Of a stretch of DNA of 64,000 bases, positions 45,135 to 55,221 are shown piece after piece. The notes under the pieces are model-generated. The model did no database searches and had not been told where the DNA came from. It was given only the letters and a program-made list of their open reading frames with translations. The position numbers and the translations under genes are program-made. Each line of letters starts with the position of its first letter. The first letter of the stretch is position 1. The stretch comes from Candidatus Eiseniibacteriota bacterium (GTDB taxonomy: Bacteria > Eisenbacteria > RBG-16-71-46), in assembly GCA_038231135.1 (NCBI GenBank), contig JBBRLX010000006.1, positions 96,001 through 160,000 of the forward strand. Direction: 5' to 3'.

Positions 45135-46985
45135 ATGGCCGGTGTCTGGCGCCGCAAAGTCACCGTCATTGCGGCGTTCTCGCTCGCGGCGATCGTCGCA
45201 CATCTCGTCATTCGCTTCGGCTTCCATACCGGCCCGCGCGCCTCGCAGCTCCCGCTGCTGGCCGCGCTCGCGCTCGGCGGCGGGCCGCTCGTCTACGAAC
45301 TCCTCCGGAAGCTGCTGCGCCGTGAATTCGGGTCCGACCTGCTGGCCGGCATTTCGATCGTCACGTCGGTCGTGCTGGGCGAATACCTCGCGGGAGCCAT
45401 CGTCGTCCTGATGCTCGCCGGCGGCGAGGCGCTCGAGAACTACGCGCTGACCAGTGCATCGTCGGTGCTGCGGGCGCTGGCCAAACGCATGCCGTCCATC
45501 GCCCACCGCAGGGTGAACGGCACGATCGCGGACGTCGAGACCGGCGCCGTCGCCGTGGGTGACACCATCGTGATCTATCCGCACGACATCTGTCCGGTGG
45601 ATGGCATCGTCATCGAAGGGCACGGCGCCATGGACGAGTCTTACCTCACCGGGGAACCGTTTAACATCACAAAGACCTCTGGATCGGCGGTGATGTCCGG
45701 CGCGATCAACGGCGAGGCCGTGCTGACGATCCGCGCTACCCAACTCGCCGCCGATTCCCGCTACGCCAAGATCATGGAGGTGATGCGGGAATCCGAAGCG
45801 AAGCGACCCCGGTTGCGGCGTCTGGGGGATCAGTTGGGAGCGGTCTACACGCCGATCGCCGTCGCCGTGGCCGCGCTCGCGTGGCTGTTCACCGGCGACC
45901 CGACGCGTTTCCTGGCCGTGCTCGTGGTCGCGACGCCCTGCCCGCTGCTCATCGCCATCCCGATTGCCATCATCGGTTCGATCTCGCTGTCCGCACGCCG
46001 GGCGATCATCGTGAGGAGCCCGGTTGCGCTGGAGCAGATCGCCCAGTGCCGAACCGCGATCTTCGACAAGACGGGAACGCTCACCTACGGCGAACCCAGG
46101 CTCACGGAGCAGCTCATGGCACCCGGCGTTTCACAGGTGGAGATGCTGACGCTGGTCGCCAGCTTGGAACGATATTCGAAGCATCCGCTGGCCCGGGCCA
46201 TTCTGGATGCTGCGAAGGACGCCGGGATCGGGTTTCAGGAGGCAACGGAGGTCGGAGAGGCGCCCGGGCAGGGACTACGCGGTACGGTCTCCGGCCGTCA
46301 TGTGCAGGTCACCAGCCGCGGGAACCTGGACCCGCATTGCGTGTCCGGCATCCAGGAGCTGCCACCCGCCGCGTGCGGGCTCGAGTGTGTCGTCGTGATC
46401 GACGATCGGTACGCCGCGATGTGCCGGTTTCGCGATGCGCCGCGGGCGGAGAGCGCATCGTTCGTGAAACACCTGGGACCCAAGCACCGGTTCGAACGCA
46501 CGATGATCGTGTCGGGCGACCGCGAGTCCGAGGTCAGCTATCTGGCCGCGCAGGTGGGCATCACCGAGATCCATGCACAACAGAGCCCCGAGCAGAAACT
46601 CGCGCTTGTGCGCGAGGAGACCCAACAGGCGCGCACGCTGTACGTCGGCGACGGCATCAACGACGCGCCGGCCATGATGGCCGCCACTGTGGGCATGGCG
46701 ATCGGCCAGAACAGCGACGTGACCACGGAGGCCGCGGGTGTCGTGGTCATGGACAACTCGCTCCGGAAGGTGGACGAGTTCATGCACATCAGCCGCCGGA
46801 TGCGGTCGATCGCCCTGCAGAGCGCGGTGGGCGGCATGCTCCTGAGCATCGCCGGAATGGCGTTCGCGGCGGCCGGCTACCTGACCCCCGTGGAAGGCGC
46901 GATCAGCCAGGAAGTCATCGACGTGCTCGCGATCCTCAATGCCCTGCGCGCGGCACTGCCGCCCCGGGTGATCGCGGATTTCTGA
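45135..46985 (+). CDS. Heavy-metal P1B-type ATPase (P1B-5-like)
   Basis: LTGE, ATPCPL, FDKTGT, SKHP, GDGIND, Q-x4-G-x3-S-x3-M and QEVID...LN. Confidence 0.88.
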   Translation: MAGVWRRKVTVIAAFSLAAIVAHLVIRFGFHTGPRASQLPLLAALALGGGPLVYELLRKLLRREFGSDLLAGISIVTSVVLGEYLAGAIVVLMLAGGEALENYALTSASSVLRALAKRMPSIAHRRVNGTIADVETGAVAVGDTIVIYPHDICPVDGIVIEGHGAMDESYLTGEPFNITKTSGSAVMSGAINGEAVLTIRATQLAADSRYAKIMEVMRESEAKRPRLRRLGDQLGAVYTPIAVAVAALAWLFTGDPTRFLAVLVVATPCPLLIAIPIAIIGSISLSARRAIIVRSPVALEQIAQCRTAIFDKTGTLTYGEPRLTEQLMAPGVSQVEMLTLVASLERYSKHPLARAILDAAKDAGIGFQEATEVGEAPGQGLRGTVSGRHVQVTSRGNLDPHCVSGIQELPPAACGLECVVVIDDRYAAMCRFRDAPRAESASFVKHLGPKHRFERTMIVSGDRESEVSYLAAQVGITEIHAQQSPEQKLALVREETQQARTLYVGDGINDAPAMMAATVGMAIGQNSDVTTEAAGVVVMDNSLRKVDEFMHISRRMRSIALQSAVGGMLLSIAGMAFAAAGYLTPVEGAISQEVIDVLAILNALRAALPPRVIADF

Positions 46986-47028
46986 GGCGCGGGACGGCAG
47001 CGATCCGGCGATGCGAATCGCCTGCCGT

Positions 47029-47832
47029 TCAACGCAACTTTGCGACCGTGCGCGCCGTTCGGCCCGCCGGTGAATCCAGTCGCACGACGTAGAGCCCGGG
47101 CCCCGCCGCCGCACCGCTGTCGAGCCGACCATCCCACGACCTCACGTACGAGCCGCCGGCGAGCGATTCTCGGGCGCTGAGCGCCCGCACGCGCCGGCCC
47201 GTGATGTCGAAGACCCCCAGGCTCACCACGCCGCCGTGCGGGAGCGAGAACCCGATCTCGGTCGACCCCGAGAACGGATTGGGAGCCGCCGTGAGCACCG
47301 TCACGGACGAATGATCGCCGGCGCCTGCCACCTCGAGCGGCCTGGAGTCCACGACGAGCACCGAGTCGTGGCAGAATTCGCCGTGCAGCGAGATGCGCGT
47401 GGCGATCTGCGGGAATGTCGCAGCCGAGCGGACGAGCCCGCTGTCGAAGTGTTGCGGCGGGCCACCGTCGAACGAGAGATCGAGCGTCAGCTGCTCCATG
47501 TTCTCGAGCTCGCCGCCGTGCCGGTACGTTCCCGAGCCCGTGATCACGACGGGCTGGTTGTCATGTGCCGCCTTCCAGCGCACGTCGAGAACGTCGTAGG
47601 TGATGAACAGGGGCCCGATCCCCGACCGGCGCAGCAGGAAGTCTCCGGCGAGCGGCGACTGAATAAGCAGGGGGCACATGCAGGGCGCGAAGCAGCCCCA
47701 TTCGAACTCACTCGGGGGCTGGTTCAGCACACAAAGGAGCGAATCGGGGGCCGCGCCCTGACCATGGGCGGGCGACGCGGTGAGCAGCGATCCCACGACC
47801 GCCAGGGTTGCGAGTGTGCCGATGCGTTTCAT
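47029..47832 (-). CDS. Secreted protein with GCxxPCxCP domain and FlgD-Ig/T9SS-CTD-like tail
   Basis: GGAGG/GGAG RBS, signal peptide AHG|Q; APNPF...FDITGRRV...WDGR...PGLY. Confidence 0.8.
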   Translation of the reverse strand: MKRIGTLATLAVVGSLLTASPAHGQGAAPDSLLCVLNQPPSEFEWGCFAPCMCPLLIQSPLAGDFLLRRSGIGPLFITYDVLDVRWKAAHDNQPVVITGSGTYRHGGELENMEQLTLDLSFDGGPPQHFDSGLVRSAATFPQIATRISLHGEFCHDSVLVVDSRPLEVAGAGDHSSVTVLTAAPNPFSGSTEIGFSLPHGGVVSLGVFDITGRRVRALSARESLAGGSYVRSWDGRLDSGAAAGPGLYVVRLDSPAGRTARTVAKLR

Positions 47833-48066
47833 GCTCCGAATCCTCCAGACCTCGAACCGCACGATTGTCCTGCCGTAGCGGCCGGCCCCGCAAGTGTCTT
47901 TTCGTGGCGGCGCCGGTGACGGTCGAAACCTCGGTTCCTCGCCTGCTTTCGCAGTAGTCACGATTCGAATGGGGGCCTCGCCAGCGCCAAAAAGGCTGCC
48001 GGGAGCGGGTGTCATGGAGTAGCCTTGCCGTTGAAGAACCCCTCTTCCATGAACCGGGAGCACGCG

Positions 48067-49140
48067 ATGACAGCAAGCCGGGCTCGGTCTCTCGTGGCAC
48101 TGCTGACGGCAGGATCGACGCTCGCCATGCCGGTGATCGCGCGGGGAGCGGCGAGCTACTCGATCACGCTCCAGGGCGGCACCCAGACCTCCGCGTCGCC
48201 GCTCCGCGACAGCTTCCATACGGCGACGCCCGGTGTGGCTCCGACCCTGATTTCCGAGGATGCCTGCGCATTGCCCGCCCACGTGGGCGCCCGCGCCCGG
48301 CTTCAGACGTTTTGGCCCTTCGAGATCGTCACCGGCATTTCGGGCAACGCGGCCGGGCACGCCTCGACGGATGACTTCCTGATCGCGGGGCCGCCGGGCG
48401 TGACGACCGTGAGCGGCGCCATGCGATTTCACGCGGAGGTCCGGCTCGAACGCGGCGGAGGTCTCGCGGGCAGCGACATGCACATCGCGAAGGCGCTCGT
48501 CCACGTGACGGCCGCCACGTTCGCAGCCGACGGCTCGTGCTGGTCTGGGAACCTGAACGAGGGAGCCGACGGCGTGTTGACGGGTCAATCCCCGCCAGAC
48601 CTCGCAGCGTCGTTCTCGCTGGCGGGCACGTTTCCGGTCGGCGTTCCGTTCGCCGTGTCCATGAACCTCGAGGCCGAGGACCAGACCTACGGCGATTCCG
48701 CCGTGTCGCCGGGGATCACCGCGACCGATGGCTGGACGGTGGGCCTCGCGCTCGGCGACACCGAAGGGCCGGTCATGGATCTACCGGACGGTTACACCGT
48801 GAACGCACCGAGTTGGGGCGTCATCGCGAATCACCTGGCAGGCGTCGACGCGGCCCAATCGCGCGACCTCGAGTTTGCCCCGGCCACACCCAATCCCAGC
48901 GCGGCCGCCACGACGTTCGAGTTCACGCTTCCGCACACCGGGAGCGTCAGCCTCGTGGTGACCGATCTTCAAGGTCGGCGCGTACGCCGGCTCGCTGCTG
49001 GCCCGATGAGCGCGGGGCCGCAACGCGAGGTCTGGGAGGGGCGAGACGAATCCGGCGGGCGCGCCGCTCCCGGGATCTATTTCGGCGTGCTACGGTTCGA
49101 GAATCGCACGATCACACGACGTGTGGTTCGCATTCGGTGA
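48067..49140 (+). CDS. Secreted beta-rich protein with FlgD-Ig/T9SS-CTD-like tail
   Basis: Signal peptide; TPNP...DLQGRRV...WEGRD..G...PGIYF. Confidence 0.78.
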   Translation: MTASRARSLVALLTAGSTLAMPVIARGAASYSITLQGGTQTSASPLRDSFHTATPGVAPTLISEDACALPAHVGARARLQTFWPFEIVTGISGNAAGHASTDDFLIAGPPGVTTVSGAMRFHAEVRLERGGGLAGSDMHIAKALVHVTAATFAADGSCWSGNLNEGADGVLTGQSPPDLAASFSLAGTFPVGVPFAVSMNLEAEDQTYGDSAVSPGITATDGWTVGLALGDTEGPVMDLPDGYTVNAPSWGVIANHLAGVDAAQSRDLEFAPATPNPSAAATTFEFTLPHTGSVSLVVTDLQGRRVRRLAAGPMSAGPQREVWEGRDESGGRAAPGIYFGVLRFENRTITRRVVRIR

Positions 49141-49151
49141 TCGGTCCGAGT

Positions 49152-51809
49152 TCAGCGGCAGACGACCAATCGTCGGGTCATCACCACGTTGCCCGCACGG
49201 AACACCAGCAGGTAAACGCTCGGAGGCAGTCTGGCAGGCAGCGATCGCCGGGTCGAGAACCGACCGGCGGCGTGCGATTCGTCAAGAAGGTCGAGCACCA
49301 CCCGTCCCTGCAGATCGAGCATTCGGATCTGCACCCGCGTCGCACGCGGGAGAGTCCAGGCCAGCTGAACCTGTTCGTGGGTCGGATTCGGCCCGTTCAG
49401 ATCGAAGGTCGCAACTTCGAACTGGATTGCCGCGGTGACGTCGATGGTGCCCAGCGTCAGGACGTGGCCGTCGAGTCCGGTTGCGCGTAGACGGTACCCA
49501 TAGTGCGCCCCTGGCTCGACTGCCGCATCGAGGACCTGGCTGACGCCTCCAGATGAGGTGATCGGCGCGTCGACCGCGTTCCATCCCGTGGACGGGTTGG
49601 AGGATCGCTCGACCCGGGGATGCGTCCAGGACAGGGGATCCTCGAACTCCCAGGTGAGCCGTACGCCCGTGGCCTCCGGGACTCCGTCGAATCGGCGAAG
49701 CAGGGTCGGTGTCGGCAAGTCGGTCTGCTCGATGGCGTGCAGGATCCCCGCCGGGGTCACGATATAGAGCATGCGTTCCGCGATGGCCAGTATTCCACCT
49801 GCCGGGTACGACCACGTTGCTTCGTGGCTCGCGAGGTCGATCGCGTAGGTCGTGCCACCGTTCGAGACGAACGCATGAGAATTCGTCACGACGATGCCAT
49901 CGATGAGCGAACCCGCCGGGGGCCGCCATGACCACAGCACCGTGTGCGTCAACTCGTCCAGCGCGGTGAGGGCGCCGCCGTCGTTGGAGTAGATCACCCC
50001 GTTTGCAAACGCGGGCTGACCTATGAAATTCCGGTTCAACGTCCAGGCCTCGGCGTGTGACACGAGGTCGTAGCCACGCAGCCGGCCACGGCTCACCGCA
50101 TATGCGCGACCGGGAGATCCGAGCACGGGTGAGGAGCTGCCCAGCGGGTTCAGGACATACGGGTCCGTGTCGACGATCGTATAGGCGAGGGCGCCGCTCG
50201 CGCGGTCGATCGCGTACAGGCGCGTATCGCTTGGGTTCATGAACACGTAGATGAATGCGCTGTCGACCGCCGCGGCCCACCGGTCGTACTGCGCCAGCCG
50301 GTCGTTCATCCAGAGATTGTCGCCGGTAACGGCGTCGACGGAGTACGCGCCGTCGAAAGAGCCGCCGGTTGTATAGAGCCGCCCGTCGGCGATGGTCGGG
50401 GCCAGGAACACACCAAATTGGGTGAACCCCTTGGAATGGAACTGCAGCGCCCCGGTGCCGGCGTCAAACGCCCACACATACATGTCGCTCGCGGTGCTGG
50501 TCTGAACGTACACGCTGCCGTCCGCGTAACTTGGCGGACCGACGTAGAACATCGATTGGAATTCGTGCGACCACAGCGTGGCTCCGGTAGCCCTGTCGAG
50601 TGCAACCAGCGTGGGGCCCGGAGTCTTGAGGCAGAACACCTTGTCTTCGGCGGCCGCGATACTCCAGTAGGCGGTCACTCCGAGGTTCGACGTCCAGCGC
50701 GGGACGAACGCCGCAGGATCGATGGTCACGGGGCGATAACCGGTGTGGCGGGCGTCCGCCTGATACATCGGCCACTCTGCTCCCGGTCCCTCAGCCGGAT
50801 CTCCCGACGCCGTGACGGTCAACTCCCCCTGGAAATCGGCAAGCGTCGCCTGAAGCCTGAACGACGTGGTTCCCGCGCCGAGACTGTCCACGGTGACGAG
50901 TCCCTCTTGGACCGCGGCGCGCGAATCCCCCGACACGCTCCAGCTCGCCTGGGAACTCACGTCGATCCACAAGTTGCCGGGGTAATGCGCCCAGGCCGTA
51001 TACGGGGTTCGGGACGGCGCCAGGATGCGCCGGGGGCCGCGGATCACGACCCCTTGAAGATCGACGGGTGGAATCGGGTGGGCGAAGTCGACACGTCCAG
51101 CCAACTCGTACGTGAACGTGGAATCGAACGACGTCGCCGTCCATGGGGACGTGCAAGAATAGGTCGCGGCAAATGGCACGACGTTGGCGATTCGACTCGA
51201 GAAGTATCGAAATCCAGGCACCCCTCGCGAGATCGGCACATTCTCGAGGATGCGCACCACACCGCTCATGACCGCGACGTTCGAGCCCAGCGCGGCGGAC
51301 AGCACGAGGGGTCCCGCCACGGCCAGTGCGCCCTCGGTATACTCGTCGAGCCGGTAGAACGCGATGCTGTCGCTGGGCGCGCGCATGATGTAATGGACCG
51401 AATCTGCCGTGACGACGACCTGGTCGAGGGTCATGTAGGCGAGCGGGGCGGACCCCGCACCGTTCTCGAACGAACTCCCGTCGCTCAAGAAGTACGTCAA
51501 GGACGTTCCAAGCAGTATGAGCGGTCCGCCGGCCGCGTGACCGCCGGGTCCGCGCCCGAACGTCACCATGAGGTCGATGGTGGGTGACGCGCTCGTGGCG
51601 TTGCCGTGCGGTGGCTGCGGGGGATTGAATCGGCTGGCGGCGTGCGCATATCGCACGCCCTGGAGGAGTCCGGCGATCTCGACCGCGATGACGAGCGCGG
51701 TAATGGCGCGCGACGGCCAGCGACGAACGTGGGGTGACACGGTGCGTCCTCCTCCGTGAGGCAGGAATCCAGCGGCCCCATCCCGGAGCCTGAGCGGGGA
51801 GAATAGCAT
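49152..51809 (-). CDS. Secreted PQQ-like beta-propeller protein with Ig/FN3-like segments and CTD-like tail (start uncertain)
   Basis: WPMYQADARHTG, repeated ALD..TG..LW blades; GPNP...DLQGRVV...VYL. Confidence 0.8.
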   Translation of the reverse strand: MLFSPLRLRDGAAGFLPHGGGRTVSPHVRRWPSRAITALVIAVEIAGLLQGVRYAHAASRFNPPQPPHGNATSASPTIDLMVTFGRGPGGHAAGGPLILLGTSLTYFLSDGSSFENGAGSAPLAYMTLDQVVVTADSVHYIMRAPSDSIAFYRLDEYTEGALAVAGPLVLSAALGSNVAVMSGVVRILENVPISRGVPGFRYFSSRIANVVPFAATYSCTSPWTATSFDSTFTYELAGRVDFAHPIPPVDLQGVVIRGPRRILAPSRTPYTAWAHYPGNLWIDVSSQASWSVSGDSRAAVQEGLVTVDSLGAGTTSFRLQATLADFQGELTVTASGDPAEGPGAEWPMYQADARHTGYRPVTIDPAAFVPRWTSNLGVTAYWSIAAAEDKVFCLKTPGPTLVALDRATGATLWSHEFQSMFYVGPPSYADGSVYVQTSTASDMYVWAFDAGTGALQFHSKGFTQFGVFLAPTIADGRLYTTGGSFDGAYSVDAVTGDNLWMNDRLAQYDRWAAAVDSAFIYVFMNPSDTRLYAIDRASGALAYTIVDTDPYVLNPLGSSSPVLGSPGRAYAVSRGRLRGYDLVSHAEAWTLNRNFIGQPAFANGVIYSNDGGALTALDELTHTVLWSWRPPAGSLIDGIVVTNSHAFVSNGGTTYAIDLASHEATWSYPAGGILAIAERMLYIVTPAGILHAIEQTDLPTPTLLRRFDGVPEATGVRLTWEFEDPLSWTHPRVERSSNPSTGWNAVDAPITSSGGVSQVLDAAVEPGAHYGYRLRATGLDGHVLTLGTIDVTAAIQFEVATFDLNGPNPTHEQVQLAWTLPRATRVQIRMLDLQGRVVLDLLDESHAAGRFSTRRSLPARLPPSVYLLVFRAGNVVMTRRLVVCR

Positions 51810-51985
51810 GGTCCTCCGTCCCGGCCTGTCGGCGGCCCGTGCCGGGCAATCGGGCTATGCCGAGGGGAGGCCAAATGGCATCGTGACACGCCCTCGTCTA
51901 GGATGCGCACAGGTCTCCACTCCCGCGTGGCGGCCCCGCCGGCGCGCGGGCCATCTTCCACTCCCCCGATGGGAGAGGTGCCCCC

Positions 51986-54571
51986 ATGAGCCGTCGCTTC
52001 CTGCTCGCGCTGTTGGTCCTGTTGCTCGCCGCGACACCCGCTGCCGCCGCCAAGAAGGCGCTGTTCGACAACGCTCACGCCGAAACCGCCGGCAACGCCG
52101 ACTGGGTGATCGACAACGACCAGCCCATCCCGGTTCCCGCGCAGAGTGGCATCACCGCCGGCACCTCCGAGACGTTCTGGACCGGCGCCGTGTCGGCCTG
52201 GGGCGTCGCGCTCGTCAAGCGCGGCTACACGGTCGAGACCAACACCGCCGCGATCACGTACGGCAACGGCAGCAATCCGCGCGATCTGACCAACTACGAC
52301 GTGCTCGTGATCGACGAGCCCAATACCCTGTTCACGTCGGCCGAGGCGGCGGCGATCCTGAGCTTCGTCCAGAACGGTGGCGGGCTCGTCGGGGTCTCGG
52401 ATCACTCGGGCTCCGATCGCAACAATGACGGCGCCGACTCGCCGATCATCTGGAACGCGCTCGATCCCACGCATCTGCTCGGCCTGCACTTCGGCGTGAG
52501 CGGCGACGCCAACAACAACATTTCGCAGACCAGCACCAACGTGAATGCGCTCGGCACCGACGCCGTGACCCGCGGACCGGTGGGGAACGTGACCGGGTTC
52601 GCGTTCCACAACGGCACGACCATGACGCTGTTCCCGTCGGTCAACGCGACCGTGCGGGGCGAGGTGTGGATGAACGGCCTGTCGCAATCGAGCCTGACCG
52701 GCGTCATGGCCGCCTCGGCGAGCTACGGCGCCGGCAAGGTGGTGTTCGCGACCGACAGCTCGCCGGCCGACGACGGCACCGCCTCGTCCGGCAACACCGT
52801 GTTCAATGGCTGGGGCGAAGCCGGCGCCACCGACAGCACCCTGTTCATGAACGCCACGCTGTGGGCGACACGGTCGTCGGGCGGCGACGTGACGCCGCCG
52901 ACGGTGTCGGTGACGTCGCCGACCGGCGGCCAGACGTGGAAGGCCGGCTCGTCGCAGACCATCACCTGGACCGCCACGGACAACGTCGGCGTGACGACGG
53001 TGGACATCGCGTGGTCCACCGACGGGGGCGCGAGTTACCCGAACACCCTGGCGAGCGGCCTGTCCAACAGCGGCAGCTTCGGCTGGACCGTCCCGAACAC
53101 TCCCGGCACCACGAACCGCATTCGCGTCACCGCGCATGACGCCGCCGGGAACAGCGGCAGCGGCGCGAGTGCTGCGAACTTCACCATCGATCGCTGGACC
53201 ATCACCGCGAGTGCCTCCGCCAACGGTTCGATCAGCCCGAGCGGCGCCGTCGCCGTGGCTCAGGGAGCGAATCAGGGCTTCACGATCACCGCCAATTCCG
53301 GCTTCCACGTCGCCGACGTGCTGGTGGACGGTGGTTCCGTGGGTGCCGTGACCAGCTTCACGTTCACCAACGTCACGGCGAATCACACGATCGCGGCCAG
53401 CTTCGCCGTGAACGGCACGTTCACGATCACCGCCAGCGCCGGCGCCAACGGCAGCATTTCGCCCAGCGGCGCGGTGGTGGTGGCGTCGGGTGGCAGCCAG
53501 ACGTTTACCATGACCGCCAACAGCGGCTTCCACGTCTCGGGCGTGCTGGTCGACGGCGGGTCGGTGGGCGCCGTGACGACCTACACGTTCACCAACGTGC
53601 TGGCGAACCACACGATTGCGGCGAGCTTCGCGGCCAACGCCGGCGGCATCACGCCGTGGCCGCTGGCGAGCGGCAACTACCTCGAGAACTTCTCCGACAT
53701 CGCGAACTGGACGAACAACTTCGCGAGCGGCATCGGAGCGAACACGTACGGTTCGGTGCCCGTCGAAGGCTCCGGAACCATCCCCGACGGGTTCCACACG
53801 ACCACGAGCACGGCCACGTTCGTGACCGGCACCACGGGTGGCGTGCAGAAGGGCACGGGCGCCATCGTGCTGCTGTCGACCGGCACCACCGACAACACCA
53901 CCGCCGATGCCATCGACCTGTTCCTCGACTACACCGGCGTCACCACCGGCACGCTCAGCTTCGACTGGGCGACCGTGTTCAACTCGACCGGCGACCGCAA
54001 GGGCTCGCTGCGGATCTACACGAGCACCAACGGAGCCACGTTCACCGAGCTGACCGGCGCCGACGTGCTGAATTTCACGAACAACGTCGCCGGGTCCGGT
54101 CACATAGGTCCGGTCTCGCTGCCCGCCGGCTTCACGCACTCCGCGACCGCGCGGATCCGGTTCTACTATCACAACGGCACCGGCGGCACGACCGGCTCAC
54201 GGCCCAAGGTGAGCATCGACAACGTGTCCGCCACCACCGCCGGACCCACGGCGTTCGGCATTCCTCGCGGTGGCGACGTGGTGCCGGCCGCGACGTACCC
54301 GCTCGACTGGTCGCGCCCGGTTCCGAATCCGGGCGCCGGCGCCATGCTGCTCGGATTCTCACTGCCCGCCGCCGGCCATGCGCGCATCGAGGTGCTCGAT
54401 CTGACCGGGCGCCGGGTGTGGATGAGCGAAGGCGAGTTCGCCGCCGGGTTGCACAGCGTGCGATGGGATGGGCAGATGGCTCACGGAACGACGGTGCCCG
54501 CCGGAATGTACTTCGCCCGTTTGAGCACGCGGTGGGGTGCGAGGATGGAGCGGCTCGTGCGAACGCAGTGA
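51986..54571 (+). CDS. Secreted multidomain protein: GATase-like/DUF4350-like N-domain, Ig domain, two B-repeat-like domains, CTD-like tail
   Basis: LFDNAHAETAGNADWVID, EPN, SDH..SDRN.DG.D; DVTPPTVSVTSP..G; PNP...DLTGRRV...WDG...GMYF. Confidence 0.8.
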   Translation: MSRRFLLALLVLLLAATPAAAAKKALFDNAHAETAGNADWVIDNDQPIPVPAQSGITAGTSETFWTGAVSAWGVALVKRGYTVETNTAAITYGNGSNPRDLTNYDVLVIDEPNTLFTSAEAAAILSFVQNGGGLVGVSDHSGSDRNNDGADSPIIWNALDPTHLLGLHFGVSGDANNNISQTSTNVNALGTDAVTRGPVGNVTGFAFHNGTTMTLFPSVNATVRGEVWMNGLSQSSLTGVMAASASYGAGKVVFATDSSPADDGTASSGNTVFNGWGEAGATDSTLFMNATLWATRSSGGDVTPPTVSVTSPTGGQTWKAGSSQTITWTATDNVGVTTVDIAWSTDGGASYPNTLASGLSNSGSFGWTVPNTPGTTNRIRVTAHDAAGNSGSGASAANFTIDRWTITASASANGSISPSGAVAVAQGANQGFTITANSGFHVADVLVDGGSVGAVTSFTFTNVTANHTIAASFAVNGTFTITASAGANGSISPSGAVVVASGGSQTFTMTANSGFHVSGVLVDGGSVGAVTTYTFTNVLANHTIAASFAANAGGITPWPLASGNYLENFSDIANWTNNFASGIGANTYGSVPVEGSGTIPDGFHTTTSTATFVTGTTGGVQKGTGAIVLLSTGTTDNTTADAIDLFLDYTGVTTGTLSFDWATVFNSTGDRKGSLRIYTSTNGATFTELTGADVLNFTNNVAGSGHIGPVSLPAGFTHSATARIRFYYHNGTGGTTGSRPKVSIDNVSATTAGPTAFGIPRGGDVVPAATYPLDWSRPVPNPGAGAMLLGFSLPAAGHARIEVLDLTGRRVWMSEGEFAAGLHSVRWDGQMAHGTTVPAGMYFARLSTRWGARMERLVRTQ
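53195..53644. repeat. Two tandem 225-nt (75-aa) coding repeats
   Basis: TITASAxANGSISPSGAV...FHV..VLVDGGSVGAVT..TFTNV.ANHTIAASFA twice. Confidence 0.9.
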
Positions 54572-54601
54572 ACACGGCGAAGCCAGGTCGGCGATCGATG
54601 T

Positions 54602-54630
54602 ACTGCGGCCACCCTCAGGGTGGCCGCAGT
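54602..54630. repeat. Perfect 14-bp inverted repeat between convergent genes (REP-like or bidirectional terminator)
   Basis: ACTGCGGCCACCCT-C-AGGGTGGCCGCAGT, with TGTA (54599-54602) and TACA (54631-54634) at its edges. Confidence 0.7.
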
Positions 54631-54645
54631 TACAAAGTCGTGAAT

Positions 54646-55152
54646 TTAGCGCATCGCCGCATCGGCTCGTGGCGCCGAATTGGGTTTCCTGTCGAGGCCG
54701 AGCCGCATGCGTCCGGAAGCCAGCAAGTTCAGCAGCGGATGGTGCGCGACGAGGCGCTGGCGCAGTGGCCAGATGACCGCGATTCCGAACGCGAAGCCGG
54801 CGACATGCGCGACGAACGCCGTGGTTAGATGCCGGCCCGCGGGATCCACGAGGATCCCGAGGAAGTTGAACGCGAGCCACAGTCCAAACCACGCCCATGC
54901 CGACACGCGGCGTTGCACGACGACGAACATCATCGTGAAGCGCGCGCTCCGGAACAGGATGGCGTAGGCGGCCATGACGGCCGCGATGGCGCCGCTGGCT
55001 CCTACCAGGGGCATCGTTACGTAGAGGAAGTACATGTTGCCGAGGAGGTGCACGAGATTCGCGTGCAGGAATGCGTAAGTGAGGAGAGCCGGAATACGGT
55101 CGGTCGCCGTGGCGGTGGATGGCGAGCGAACCGGCTCCCCCAGCCCTCTCAT
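54646..55152 (-). pseudogene. Rhomboid protease remnant with internal deletion
   Basis: FLHANLVHLLGNMYFLYV joined almost directly to PLVGASGA; AH..G retained; TM1 and the TM3 region are absent. Confidence 0.65.
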
Positions 55153-55221
55153 AGCGGCTTCGATGCCGGCGACGTTCACTTGGTCGCCGGGCCCGGTCGT
55201 GTCGTACGTTCCTGTCCAGCC

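Noticed and set aside
47000..55200. Mobile element or genomic island call
   Set aside because: No integrase, transposase, att site or tRNA seen; a composition shift could not be established by eye
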